IMG/VR virus record: IMGVR_UViG_3300009160_000004
Location: 1-60,251 of that record
Source: a virus
Lineage: Duplodnaviria; Caudoviricetes
DNA length: 60,251 nt
Reading direction: 5' to 3' (one strand)
This document shows, one piece after another, positions 50,822-60,251 of this stretch. Position 1 is the stretch's first letter; every line of letters starts with the position of its first letter. The notes beneath the pieces are model-generated. The model made no database searches. It worked only from the letters and a program-made list of their open reading frames with translations, and was not told the origin of the DNA. The position numbers and the translations under genes were made by a program.

Positions 50822-52546
50822 TCACGAAACCCAAAGCCTTGTTCCGGCAAACCACCTAGCCCCGCCACCACTCACCGCCAGCGTGATTGTTTGCCCAGAT
50901 GTCGCGGCGACGGTGAACGTCGTGCCGTTGGCGGCGTTGCCGTCAGCGTTGTACACGGCAGTTCCGTTGCGCCGGATTATGACCTCCCAGGCGTCGTTGT
51001 AATTGTCATCTGAGACGATGCTGACGTTCAGCGTGCCGCTTACGTTGACTGTGATTGAAGGCGAACTTGTAAACGTCGCAGGGCTGGCAGGCGGTGCGAG
51101 TTTGCTGGCGCTGGTTCCCGCGCCGCTCCAGCCGCTCGCGGTCAGGCTGTTGCCCGCTGTCGGAGTGGCTGTCCAGACAAGCGAGTACGGCCCTGTGCCG
51201 ATAGCGTTGACAGCGGCCCCACGGAACTGATACGCGGTGCCGTTTGTCAGGCCAGTGACAGTCGCGCCGATAGAGGCCGACGTGCCATCGGCAAACGTAG
51301 TCCACGTTGACCCACTGTCGGAACTGTATTGCACAACGTAGTCGGTGATGGCAGAGCCGCCGTCGCTGGACGGCGCAGACCAGTTAAGGGTAACGCTCCC
51401 ATTTCCTTGAGACGGCGAAGCGAACGCTAAAGGAGCGGTCGGCACGGTCGGCGGAATGATCCACGCTTGCAGGGCGTTGAAAGAACCGTCGGCGTATTCA
51501 GATGAAAATGTGATCGTCTGGCCGGCGGTGACAGTTTTCGTGATGTCAACACTCCACGATCCGCCAGTACCGCCGGAGTTTCCTGTGTAGGTCTGGCCCG
51601 CCGCCACAATCGCCATATCACCACCGGTGCCGTCGCCAACGCCGCTAGTCGTCGCGGTAATGCGGAGAATTCCGGCGTTGTTGATCGTGATGGTGTTCGG
51701 CCCGGTGATATTCGTGAGCGTGGCGCGTGCGAGTTTGGTCGCCTCGCTGCCGTTGCCAGTCCATCCGGACGTGGATGGGGAGAGAGGCACTCCGATTGCC
51801 CACTTGGTCGTGAGGTAGCGTTCGACCGCCTGGATTTCAGCGAGGCTCAAATCTCGGCTGTAAACCAGAACCTCGCCAATTGGCCCATTCCACCACCTGT
51901 TTTGCGTTGGGTCTTGGCCGACGTTGAGGAAATTGCCAGCCGCAGAGTTAGTGCCCGCCGTTGCCGCAACGCTAAGGTTTGCAGCAACACCGCTCACGCG
52001 GCGAACGTGCTGGGTCGGCGTTACTCCGCCAACCATTATCGCGTCAATCCCCAACGTTACCGTTGGCCCACCAACCGCATTGTATTGTACGCCTCGCCAC
52101 TGCGTATTAAGCGTGAGCGTTCCGCTAGAGTTAAAAAGATTGATGCCATATGAGTTGCTGGTCGTTGAATCTCGCCCGTACATCGGCGTTCTGACGTTTG
52201 CCGCCGTTACGTCGGCAAAATTTGGCCTACACACACAGAAAAACGTGGCGTATCCCGTCAAAGACGCGGACCCCAGCCCTGTCGCCATCGCGTCGTTTGC
52301 GCCATCGAAAGTCAGCGCCGCTTTCCCGCCGATTACGCCGTCGTAGGCTGGTCGATTGTTGGCCGTTGTCTGGGTCGCGTGCCGCCCGTTGCCGCTCTTG
52401 TCGTTCCACTGGCTCGCCGCGCCGCTAACAGTCGTCACAGACGAAGCGTCGGCAGCGTCCAGCCAGAGTTGCAGGCCCGCTATCGTCTTCGGGCTAAAGC
52501 CGCCTGATGCTCTCGGCCTCAACAGTCTCGGGCTCATTGGGCACAT
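50822..52546 (-). CDS. LamG/ConA-like plus FN3 virion surface protein
   Basis: LQLWLDAAD, WNDKSGNG, GPIGEVLVY, ERYL..KW; one FN3 domain. Confidence 0.85.
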   Translation of the reverse strand: MCPMSPRLLRPRASGGFSPKTIAGLQLWLDAADASSVTTVSGAASQWNDKSGNGRHATQTTANNRPAYDGVIGGKAALTFDGANDAMATGLGSASLTGYATFFCVCRPNFADVTAANVRTPMYGRDSTTSNSYGINLFNSSGTLTLNTQWRGVQYNAVGGPTVTLGIDAIMVGGVTPTQHVRRVSGVAANLSVAATAGTNSAAGNFLNVGQDPTQNRWWNGPIGEVLVYSRDLSLAEIQAVERYLTTKWAIGVPLSPSTSGWTGNGSEATKLARATLTNITGPNTITINNAGILRITATTSGVGDGTGGDMAIVAAGQTYTGNSGGTGGSWSVDITKTVTAGQTITFSSEYADGSFNALQAWIIPPTVPTAPLAFASPSQGNGSVTLNWSAPSSDGGSAITDYVVQYSSDSGSTWTTFADGTSASIGATVTGLTNGTAYQFRGAAVNAIGTGPYSLVWTATPTAGNSLTASGWSGAGTSASKLAPPASPATFTSSPSITVNVSGTLNVSIVSDDNYNDAWEVIIRRNGTAVYNADGNAANGTTFTVAATSGQTITLAVSGGGARWFAGTRLWVS

Positions 52547-52571
52547 GGAATGACGCTCTGGTGATGTAGGG

Positions 52572-52640
52572 TCAGCGGCTACGGATCGCCAGTATGAACA
52601 CGGCGATCACGAGCATTGACAGGATGATGTGTTCAAACAT
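52572..52640 (-). CDS. Small membrane peptide, 22 aa
   Basis: MFEHIILSMLVIAVFILAIRSR fills the gap between genes. Confidence 0.5.
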   Translation of the reverse strand: MFEHIILSMLVIAVFILAIRSR

Positions 52641-52642
52641 GG

Positions 52643-52969
52643 CTAACCCTTCACCGACACCGTCATGGCGCAGGTGGTGGCACCGACGACGACTGGGGCG
52701 ACGTAGGCAAATCCGAAACAGGCATCTGGGATTGGGTGGGCGCCCACGGTCACGGCAGTTGTCAGGGCAGAACCATCAGCATAGATCCTGACAGGAGTGT
52801 CTTCGGCACCAGCGGAAACGTGCCAGTTGATCTGGGTGGCACCGTTGGTGTTCCCGATAAGGACGCCGCCGCCGGCATACCGACCAAACGGAAATCGCGG
52901 AGTGGTGGTAGCCGCAGAAGACCCGGCCGTGATGGTGGCCCCAGTGGAGAAACGCTCAATACCGCTCAT
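52643..52969 (-). CDS. Small beta-rich virion protein
   Basis: T/A/G-rich; ends SVKG. Confidence 0.7.
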   Translation of the reverse strand: MSGIERFSTGATITAGSSAATTTPRFPFGRYAGGGVLIGNTNGATQINWHVSAGAEDTPVRIYADGSALTTAVTVGAHPIPDACFGFAYVAPVVVGATTCAMTVSVKG

Positions 52970-53496
52970 GTTCGCCCTTTCGCTTTGTAGGCATGTTTGT
53001 CGATGAATCGCTCCCGCACTTCCCCAGCCTTGGCGCCAGGGTTCTTGCGGAGTTCCTTCCTGACCTCTTCGGCCACGATCTTTTCGTTGATCAGCTTCCG
53101 CTTCGGGGCGGCGGGGCCGGGGTCATAATTCACTGTCCCCGATACCGCGAGCCGGCGCTTCTTGGCCACTCGCAGGACATCGTCGTTGGACGAGACCCAC
53201 GCCTCCGGGTCTTGCCAACGTCGCTTGTCAGCCAGACCGCCGCAGTAGTATTTACCGGAGATGTTGATCCCGGCTGCCTTGGCTTCTTTGACCATCCACT
53301 TGGCGGATTCGGCGGGCATGTCGTTCAACTGCTGGTTGTTCATGCGGCCCTGCATAAACGCCCGGTCGGAGCCTTTGGTCCCGGGAGCGATCTGAAGAGC
53401 GCACATTTCCGCGAACCGCTCCCCATACTGAAGGGCGTTCTTGTAGACCTCCACAGCCTCTCGGCCGCGATCACTGATTTGCTGGGGGATTTGCAT
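52966..53496 (-). CDS. Conserved hypothetical protein after the portal
   Basis: 176 aa, basic; DPEAWVSS. Confidence 0.75.
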   Translation of the reverse strand: MQIPQQISDRGREAVEVYKNALQYGERFAEMCALQIAPGTKGSDRAFMQGRMNNQQLNDMPAESAKWMVKEAKAAGINISGKYYCGGLADKRRWQDPEAWVSSNDDVLRVAKKRRLAVSGTVNYDPGPAAPKRKLINEKIVAEEVRKELRKNPGAKAGEVRERFIDKHAYKAKGRT

Positions 53497-55459
53497 TGGG
53501 TTGTGGCGGTCCTGGTGGGGATTGCGGGGGCTGTCCTGGGGGCGGAGGCGGAATCATGTAGCGAGCGACATCGACTTGCATGGCCTTGCCCCAGTCTTCC
53601 AAGAGAGCGTTGAAGAGTTCCGGCCTGCCGGCCTGGAGCAATCCCTGGGAGATGGGTGCGAGGATCTGCATGGCGTTGGTGATGTTTTCGATGCGGGTCG
53701 CGATGTTGGGCTTTCGCGCGCTGCCCGCCTCAACACGGTATGAGTATTCGCGGACGATGCTGTCCGGGTTCTCTCCCTGAACGTGCATGCCCCATGCCTG
53801 TGCGGCCATCGGTCCCAGGAGCGGTTCGACATCCTGGGGATAGATCAACCATCGCGCACACAGGGCTTCCTTGCGGGCGACCTCCGAGAGAGCGTCTTCC
53901 AGGATCGAAGCGTAGTCGTCCGGCCGTACCGAAATCTGTTCCGCCTTCACCTGTGCTTCTGCGGCTGACCGGAACTGATTCCTGGTCATTCCGTAAACTA
54001 GCTCAGTCAGACCCACTCTGCGATCAAAGAGCGCCGTGACCTCTGCGATAATTTGGTACATGTCCTGGGTCACCCCGGGCATGTTGAAGACCGAGATCAC
54101 ATCGTTGACCGACCGGCCAACGGCTTCGGAGATTTCGACAATGTTGAAGCCCTTCTCAGACTTCTCCAGGATCTTCGACTTCAGGTCTTGGTCCGCAGCC
54201 TTTGATACGCCGATCAGCGTCTGCGATGAGGTCGCCACGCGGGTCGCAAGGAAGCTCATCGCCCAATTAATAAATCGCAATTCCCCGATAGCGGGACGGA
54301 TCAAAGAGACCGGCCATGAGTATCCAGGTTTGCCGTGCCATGCGAGCAAGGTGAACGGCCAGCCGCCCGGTTCTGCCCAGAATGGAATCGGCCATTGGCA
54401 GGCCATGAACATTTGCTGAGACACGCCTGTTTCGTCTACCGGCTCCTGGAGCATGGGGAGCGGCATGTTCAGTGGAAACTCAACGCCTTCTGCCACAGCG
54501 AGGTAGCAGTTGGGGCCCATGGCGTCGAACTTGCCACGGAGGTCTTTGTCGGCGTCCTTCAGCCGGTCACCGAAGCCGGTCTTAGAATAAATCTCCCAGT
54601 AGCAGACGATGTCGTTCGTCTGGCCGTTGCGGCGCTTGTTCTCATAGCCGCGTTCCTTCTCGTCCGACCTGGAGGCATACGATTCCAGGTGGCCCTTCAG
54701 ATCGTCACGGGACAAGCCAAACTTCGCCGCCACTTCATCGATGGGCTGAATACGCTTGCGGGCACACCAGCGGATGTCCTCAAACTCATCGGCATCCGGA
54801 TCCCAGACGAGGTTGTCCACTGAGTCGTAGAACGAACCGGCGAACTTCACTGCACTTCCAGGAGGGGAGTACAGTTCGTGCCACCACACGCCAGCGCCTT
54901 TGATGAACGCCTCTTCCACAACCTTCCTGGAATGCTGCTTCAAATTCAGTTCGTTGGGCGTGTAGTTCAGATACTGTTCCAGGAGCGCAGCGATGATCTT
55001 GCGACGTTCGTAGTTGAACTGCTGCTGCTGCATTCCCTGCTGATAGGCCATCATCCCTTGGTCAGGCATCATCACCGGCTGGCCATCCGGACCCATGACA
55101 GGACCGTTGGGCCCCATCTGCGGAACCGGAGGCTGCGGGAAGATCCCCAGGAGTGGCGCCGGGACGATGGGGTAGTCCTTCGGCGTCACTGCCCGGGTGG
55201 GATTCCGGTGATGGATGACCGACGTAAAGAGGCGAACGGCCTCCCAGACGCGGTTCACGCAGATTCGCACGGCGGGAAGATCAATCCCCTTGGCATAGGC
55301 ACGGGCCTGTTCAGGGCCCCACATGGCCTCCGGATCGGAGGCGTAGAACCCCAACGCTTCCTTCGCATCGTCACTGAAAGGTCGCTTATGGGTCTGCGCC
55401 AACTTTATCAGCTTTAACCAGCCGGCAGTGATTGGCGCAAGTGGATTATCAGTACTCAT
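53471..55459 (-). CDS. Portal protein
   Basis: ~662 aa after the terminase; RSAAEAQVK, RVEAGSARKP, Q/P-rich tail. Confidence 0.85.
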   Translation of the reverse strand: MSTDNPLAPITAGWLKLIKLAQTHKRPFSDDAKEALGFYASDPEAMWGPEQARAYAKGIDLPAVRICVNRVWEAVRLFTSVIHHRNPTRAVTPKDYPIVPAPLLGIFPQPPVPQMGPNGPVMGPDGQPVMMPDQGMMAYQQGMQQQQFNYERRKIIAALLEQYLNYTPNELNLKQHSRKVVEEAFIKGAGVWWHELYSPPGSAVKFAGSFYDSVDNLVWDPDADEFEDIRWCARKRIQPIDEVAAKFGLSRDDLKGHLESYASRSDEKERGYENKRRNGQTNDIVCYWEIYSKTGFGDRLKDADKDLRGKFDAMGPNCYLAVAEGVEFPLNMPLPMLQEPVDETGVSQQMFMACQWPIPFWAEPGGWPFTLLAWHGKPGYSWPVSLIRPAIGELRFINWAMSFLATRVATSSQTLIGVSKAADQDLKSKILEKSEKGFNIVEISEAVGRSVNDVISVFNMPGVTQDMYQIIAEVTALFDRRVGLTELVYGMTRNQFRSAAEAQVKAEQISVRPDDYASILEDALSEVARKEALCARWLIYPQDVEPLLGPMAAQAWGMHVQGENPDSIVREYSYRVEAGSARKPNIATRIENITNAMQILAPISQGLLQAGRPELFNALLEDWGKAMQVDVARYMIPPPPPGQPPQSPPGPPQPNANPPANQ

Positions 55460-56127
55460 CCGACCACCTTCCAGGACTCGCCGCGATGCAGCATCGCCTC
55501 TAGTAGCTCTACGCGCTTTTGCAAGGCCCACACCTTGCGGTTGTGGTCAGCGTGCAGTTTCTGGTGTTTGCCACTTTGGACAACAACAAGGTTTTCCCAT
55601 CGATTGTCGTCCTTAATGCCGTTCAAATGATGCACTTCTTCCTTGCGGCCAAGCATGCGGCGAAGATGCTCTGAGGCCACAAGGCGATGCTCCAATACGT
55701 AGCCGGCCTTGCTTGCCATTGGATGACTTGGGGCATGCACCATCACGTACCCCTGGACGGTGCGAGGACGGCCACCGCTCCACCTGGGGGCACATTCCCC
55801 CTTCCGATTCTTTGTAGAAGAGCCGCGAGATCGCAGCCCAACCCGTGCCGCCAGCCTGCGGCGGACTGTTGTTTGGCTGCACCTAAACTGCGAGGCTACT
55901 TCTGCGGTGGACTTTTCGTCGCGCCAATATGCCAAAGCCATCTCGTCTGCCGGCAGGCGGATTCGCTCGCCGCCAATCCGGAGAGCGAATCCCGCCTTGC
56001 GCAAATGCTGCCCAACCGTCTTTCCTGTGCCGAGCCCCAGGCTTTTTGCGATGCCTTCACACGTACGACCTTCGTCAAAATACATGCGGCGCAGGTCTTC
56101 GGTGCAGTAATTCAGTCGGCTGGGCAT
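55456..56127 (-). CDS. Free-standing HNH homing endonuclease with N-terminal HTHs
   Basis: YVLEHRLV, EEVHHLNGIKDDNRWENL. Confidence 0.9.
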   Translation of the reverse strand: MPSRLNYCTEDLRRMYFDEGRTCEGIAKSLGLGTGKTVGQHLRKAGFALRIGGERIRLPADEMALAYWRDEKSTAEVASQFRCSQTTVRRRLAARVGLRSRGSSTKNRKGECAPRWSGGRPRTVQGYVMVHAPSHPMASKAGYVLEHRLVASEHLRRMLGRKEEVHHLNGIKDDNRWENLVVVQSGKHQKLHADHNRKVWALQKRVELLEAMLHRGESWKVVG

Positions 56128-56136
56128 TGAACGCTC

Positions 56137-56448
56137 CTACTTCTTAGTGTCCTTTTCCGCCCGCTTCTCCAGCATGGCGACACGTTCCGAGAGGATGGCA
56201 AGCTGCCCGGCCGGCTTGTGCTGCCAAAAACCGTAGGACTTCCACGCCGGGAACTCATTCACGCCCGGGTCATCGACATGGTGGACGGACGACTTCTCCG
56301 TCCCGCCGTAGCCTGGGGAGATAGCCCACAACGTGAGAGTGCGGGCAGAGACATCCGTAACCAGGGCCGGAACTGGCTTGGCCCCCTCATGGGCATGGAA
56401 GAAGACAAACTCGCCCAATTCGGCCTTGGGCATGACGAAATCGCTCAT
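56137..56448 (-). CDS. Hypothetical protein
   Basis: ATGA overlap with terL; PVPALVT...VHHVDDP. Confidence 0.75.
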   Translation of the reverse strand: MSDFVMPKAELGEFVFFHAHEGAKPVPALVTDVSARTLTLWAISPGYGGTEKSSVHHVDDPGVNEFPAWKSYGFWQHKPAGQLAILSERVAMLEKRAEKDTKK

Positions 56449-58124
56449 TGGTATTTCCCTTTCGGAGAGAGGTACAAGACACCGTCGTCGTCTTTCTGTT
56501 GGCGGCGGCGCTTGTCGGCCAGATACTTCACCCACCATGGCTCTGGCCCGGTAACCCTGGGGGGCTTGTGATACTTGGGTTCGTAGGCACACATGTACTC
56601 TGCGGCCTGACAGGCGTGGACTTCGCCTCGCGTCTGCGGTTCGTCGGTCACGTAGACCTGACCGTTCACCGTAGTGGTCTTCTTGCGGTAGCGCTTAATC
56701 TCTCGCAGGAAGTTGGGGCAGCCCCCATCCAGGACTTTGAACCGCGTCGTCCCGTCTCCTTGGATGTGGAGGAGCTTCCGCATCAGAGCCGTGCGGGCCG
56801 GGATGTCGTCTGAGCCTGGAGTAAATCCGAAGCCAGATATCTGCGAGCGGATGTTCCGCTTCTTCAGTTCCTCGCTGTATAGCTCATGCGGGAGTCTTCC
56901 TGACCCAAGGTCGCGGAGCATGCCGCCGTGCATGTCCATGATCCAGTTGTAGAAGTGCTGGTTCTGCGCCTTGGCTGCGAACTGCTCACCGAATATCAGG
57001 GCGTTGCACTGCCGGATGTACAGTTCGTCATAGAACAGGATGAATCGCTCATCGGGCGGGATGGCTGCGAAGAGGCACGCCATGACCGTATGCCCAGGAT
57101 CGATGGCAACGTATCTGGTCCAGTCGCTGGGGACTTGCCCGTCCGGGAGATGAGATCGTGGCATGACATGGACCGCCGTGTTGAACGTCGGATACATGAG
57201 CGTGGATTCGGTGGTGAACTCGCCTTCCGCACGCATGCGGAGTTCATCTACACCGAGAGCCGACCAGCGTTCGATGTTCTTCTTTTTCTCTTCGTCATCA
57301 ATCGCGGAGTTATCCAAGAAGCGCAGCGTGAACTTGCGGATGATTGCGTTGGGGTCGTTCTCCGCCTTCTCGGCACGTTCACACAGTCCAAGGAGCGCAT
57401 CATTCTTGGAATGTGGCATGGCCGACCAAATAAAGCGGCCTTTGCGATCCGCGAGGCGAGCCTGCATTTCCCCCACCCAAGATTCATTGGACAAATCTTC
57501 GTCACACCAAACCAAATCGGCCGCGAAACCTTGCGGGGGTTCACCTTCCGATGAGAAGCAGTAGATCGTCCATCCGGTGATCAACTCAGCCTTCTGGAGA
57601 TAGCCGGCGTTCTTCTGCACCCAAGCGATTTCTTTGATCATTCTTGGAGGGATCAGAGGAGGCGCTGGTTTGGCCTCTCCCCTTCTCGCATCGTCCTTGC
57701 CGGGAATGAATGCCCGCCACTTGTTCGTCTCCTCGTCCCGGATCATTCGGAACGCACCGGGGCGAAACAGGATCCTGTGGATGACCATTCCGATGTGGGT
57801 CCACCCCTTTCCCACGATCACAAGGTTGCCGCCCTCTTTGGGGTATTTGTTGTGCGGGTCTTGGCCTGTCGCAGCCCTAGCGATTTCTGCCGCAACACAC
57901 AGCGTTTTCCCTGCACGGTTTCCGCCGATCACGATCCGCTCGCTCGCCATGCACTGGTGGATTTCGTCCTGCTTGGGCATGGGCGTGTACAGCCGCAACG
58001 CCTCAATACGACGTTCCGCGATCTCCTGCTGCAACTCCTTCATGGAGTCCAGCGCGTGCTTCGTCATGCCCGCAATCGGGGCACTAGCGGTCGGAGGTGG
58101 GGGGATCTTGGGGTGCTTGCGCAT
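56445..58124 (-). CDS. terL: Terminase large subunit
   Basis: Walker A GGNRAGKT, Walker B VWCDE, RNase H AIDPG, YDELY. Confidence 0.93.
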   Translation of the reverse strand: MRKHPKIPPPPTASAPIAGMTKHALDSMKELQQEIAERRIEALRLYTPMPKQDEIHQCMASERIVIGGNRAGKTLCVAAEIARAATGQDPHNKYPKEGGNLVIVGKGWTHIGMVIHRILFRPGAFRMIRDEETNKWRAFIPGKDDARRGEAKPAPPLIPPRMIKEIAWVQKNAGYLQKAELITGWTIYCFSSEGEPPQGFAADLVWCDEDLSNESWVGEMQARLADRKGRFIWSAMPHSKNDALLGLCERAEKAENDPNAIIRKFTLRFLDNSAIDDEEKKKNIERWSALGVDELRMRAEGEFTTESTLMYPTFNTAVHVMPRSHLPDGQVPSDWTRYVAIDPGHTVMACLFAAIPPDERFILFYDELYIRQCNALIFGEQFAAKAQNQHFYNWIMDMHGGMLRDLGSGRLPHELYSEELKKRNIRSQISGFGFTPGSDDIPARTALMRKLLHIQGDGTTRFKVLDGGCPNFLREIKRYRKKTTTVNGQVYVTDEPQTRGEVHACQAAEYMCAYEPKYHKPPRVTGPEPWWVKYLADKRRRQQKDDDGVLYLSPKGKYQ

Positions 58125-58272
58125 TGAGTTCAGAGAGGACGATGTCTATGGCTTCCACTATCGACTTGTCGGACGGTCTGGTCCCGGTGAGGAACTCTGA
58201 GCAATACCGTCTCAGGTTCTTCAGGACGACGACCGCATCACCCAGCCGCTGGAGTTCTGTTTGCGTTTTCAT
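58084..58272 (-). CDS. Hypothetical protein
   Basis: Tiles between neighbours. Confidence 0.6.
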   Translation of the reverse strand: MKTQTELQRLGDAVVVLKNLRRYCSEFLTGTRPSDKSIVEAIDIVLSELNAQAPQDPPTSDR

Positions 58273-58417
58273 GTTCACCGCACATCGTTTCCGGAGTTGT
58301 CATGGGGAAGCGGCTGTCCCCGCTCTCCATCGGTGTCGGGGGATACCGGAGGCACAACCCAATTCGTGGCTCCTTGTTGACTTCGATCCACCACTTGCAA
58401 GTTTCGCACTGCGTCAT
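58238..58417 (-). CDS. Small four-Cys protein, 59 aa
   Basis: CETCKWW...GLCLRYPP...FP...CGEH. Confidence 0.75.
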   Translation of the reverse strand: MTQCETCKWWIEVNKEPRIGLCLRYPPTPMESGDSRFPMTTPETMCGEHENANRTPAAG

Positions 58418-58919
58418 TGAGGTCTTTCTGTGGTAAGGCGTTGATAACCGTCGCCGCTTCCAGAACACGCTTCTGTAGCTCCGTTTCCAATTCGTCTTCG
58501 GACCAGAGGGTGAGCGGTTTCTTCGCACCACCATCGGCGGAATTTTGTGCAGTGAGCCGGACCATCGTCTCCAGCATCTTGGTCCTAAATGCACCGCCGG
58601 CAGGGGCGTCGTAGAACTGCTTCATCCAGGCATTGCCGAATCCAGCCACGCCACCGAAGTAGGTGTAGAGAATCTCCACCAGCTCAGAGGAATGGGGGAT
58701 GTTCGATCCACCCAGGCGGGCGGCGGCGATGAAGAGATCGACCGCACCCTTCTCAATCTCTTCCAGCTTCTTGTCGGTCTTACGCTTGCGCTTCTTCTTC
58801 GCAATCGTATTGCGGCAGTGACGGCACTTGGAGTGATAGCCGTCCTTCGACTTGTGGAAGTGTTTGGGGTCTAGCGGGTAGGTCTTGCCGCACTCGGCGC
58901 AGGTCCGTTCGCTAGACAC
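58275..58919 (-). CDS. Zinc-finger protein, terminase small subunit candidate
   Basis: CAEC...CRHC, basic helix, SEDELETEL; upstream of terL. Confidence 0.55.
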   Translation of the reverse strand: MSSERTCAECGKTYPLDPKHFHKSKDGYHSKCRHCRNTIAKKKRKRKTDKKLEEIEKGAVDLFIAAARLGGSNIPHSSELVEILYTYFGGVAGFGNAWMKQFYDAPAGGAFRTKMLETMVRLTAQNSADGGAKKPLTLWSEDELETELQKRVLEAATVINALPQKDLNDAVRNLQVVDRSQQGATNWVVPPVSPDTDGERGQPLPHDNSGNDVR

Positions 58920-59769
58920 TCACTTTGAACTTGGGCTTTAGGTCCACGATCTTCACGGCCGAATCGAAGTTGGCTTCCCAGGACTGCTTCAGCTTCTCGG
59001 AGATGTGCTTGGCTTCGATGAACTGCGGCTTGCCGACGCACTTCGGCTTCCAGTGGCCCGCCCAAGCATCCCAGTTACAGAACACGGGGTTGTAGCCCAG
59101 CTTCTGCGTGCCAACCAACGACAGATCGCGTGTCATGGTTACGTCTTCCGTCGATGCCTTTTCGGCCTGATAGCGATCACTCCACTCGTAAAAAAACCAG
59201 GGCTTGTCTGCTTCGGTCTTGGGTTCCGTGAGTTCAAAGGCCCGCATGTCGTACATGATCAGACCCGTGGGGAGCGCAGCACATTCCTGGATGCCGGACA
59301 GCTTCACGGCCTGAGAGCGTTCGTACATCTTCAACTGGAAGTCCGGATTCGGATTGTCGGTCTGCATGTTCCGCCACTCAAAGACGTACACGCACTCCAT
59401 CGGAGGCGGGCCGCAGTACGGGGCACCGATGACACACGGGCCCTTTTCGTAGTGGTCGTACAGGAACGAAAAGGACGAGGTGAAGAACGGCTTGCCGCCC
59501 TGTTCGCAGTCAGGCTTCATGTCCGAATCGATCATCACCAACACATCCACCCCGTACTCGCGGGCCTGGAGAACGGCCCGGTTGCGGGTCATGGTGATCG
59601 GCGTGTCGGCAAGGTTCCAGATGCGGATGTTCTCAATCCGTGGATCCCGGGAAGCCTCGGCAACGAGGGGTGTCATCCACTCCCTGATGTCTGGGACTTC
59701 AGAGGAAATCCCGCCGTTGCCGCCGTAGGAGAACGTAACCAGACCGACGTTCAGCTTGCGTTGTTGCAT
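58912..59769 (-). CDS. GT-A fold (GT2-like) glycosyltransferase
   Basis: RNRAV, MIDSD (DxD), PTGLIM, TED and GH motifs. Confidence 0.8.
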   Translation of the reverse strand: MQQRKLNVGLVTFSYGGNGGISSEVPDIREWMTPLVAEASRDPRIENIRIWNLADTPITMTRNRAVLQAREYGVDVLVMIDSDMKPDCEQGGKPFFTSSFSFLYDHYEKGPCVIGAPYCGPPPMECVYVFEWRNMQTDNPNPDFQLKMYERSQAVKLSGIQECAALPTGLIMYDMRAFELTEPKTEADKPWFFYEWSDRYQAEKASTEDVTMTRDLSLVGTQKLGYNPVFCNWDAWAGHWKPKCVGKPQFIEAKHISEKLKQSWEANFDSAVKIVDLKPKFKVSV

Positions 59770-59791
59770 GTTATCACCTCGGGGGAGAGTG

Positions 59792-59820
59792 ATGGTATCA
59801 AATTAGTGTACGGATGTCAA
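59792..59820 (-). promoter_or_regulatory. Sigma70-type promoter
   Basis: TTGACA-N17-TACCAT upstream of the glycosyltransferase. Confidence 0.7.
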
Positions 59821-60128
59821 CGTAACGAGAACGGGTTTTGCCAGCCGCTCTGCACCATGTCGCCGGCCTGTGACCAGAGCGAGTTCACATCGAAAGACGG
59901 GCGACCCATGCTGCCGTCAGGCGTTCGCTGGTAGGCCGACAGCCTCCGGTTGAGGAGGTCGATAAACGCATCGCGTCGTCCGTAGTCAGGAGTCTCTGCG
60001 CTCTGGCCGGTAAAGTCCTTTGAGCGTTGTTCAAAGAACTTGGGGCGTTCGTAGGCGTACGCCAGATTGCCCTGGTTCCCTTCGCCGGCTACGGAACGCT
60101 CAGATCGCGTACGCCCAGTGGGGTCAAT
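59817..60128 (-). CDS. Junction-spanning hypothetical protein, 3' part
   Basis: IDPTGR...RDAFID...GWQNPFSLR then stop; in frame with 324-1. Confidence 0.75.
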   Translation of the reverse strand: MDPTGRTRSERSVAGEGNQGNLAYAYERPKFFEQRSKDFTGQSAETPDYGRRDAFIDLLNRRLSAYQRTPDGSMGRPSFDVNSLWSQAGDMVQSGWQNPFSLR

Positions 60129-60251
60129 ACGTCGCGTATAGTTTATGCCGGGTGCCGAAAAGCTCTGTGCTTCTGGAGCGCCTTGCGGGCGGGTCTGGTT
60201 CCACGCCTGTGCAAACGCCGTGTTGGACTGCGGAGCCGACAGGGCCTGCGC
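60129..60251. repeat. Terminal direct repeat copy 2
   Basis: Identical to 1-123. Confidence 0.97.

Noticed and set aside
55456-56127. HNH gene as part of an intron or intein
   Set aside because: Flanking genes are intact and no splicing motifs were seen; an ordinary free-standing homing endonuclease
60129-60251. 123-bp repeat as a biological direct terminal repeat
   Set aside because: It falls mid-gene in the late region, which fits an assembler overlap better

Overview
This window is a complete circular or circularly permuted ~60.1 kb tailed-phage genome. A 123-bp terminal duplication and a 211-aa ORF reading in frame across the junction support closure. The gene set looks podovirus-like: terminase, portal, scaffold, major capsid, adaptor, nozzle, FN3/LamG fibres and large internal proteins, with no tape measure or sheath seen. 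The phage is probably temperate. A Planctomycetota host is inferred from recalled protein styles and is not demonstrated. Layout: minus-strand head and internal genes (to 6.7 kb), control region (6.7-8.9 kb), plus-strand array of ~35 small early genes ending in a serine recombinase (to 17.7 kb), minus-strand recombination/nuclease/protease/sigma operon (17.5-30.7 kb), tyrosine integrase, and minus-strand virion and packaging genes (31.7-60.1 kb). Best leads: (1) three tandem RNA domains at 8521-8928 closed by one conserved 12-bp helix; (2) a cassette with a subtilisin, a papain-like protease and membrane proteins in a genome with no recognisable endolysin; (3) a split SF2 helicase with an in-phase G-GGU-UUA slippery site and an SD-sequestering duplex; (4) a candidate attP carrying the 5' end of a tRNA with crossover in the D-arm; (5) a shared MDSEGDKIR N-terminal tag on small head-cluster proteins; (6) identical SD-stop-start junctions in the early array. 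All calls come from manual motif reading and no searches or folding programs were run.
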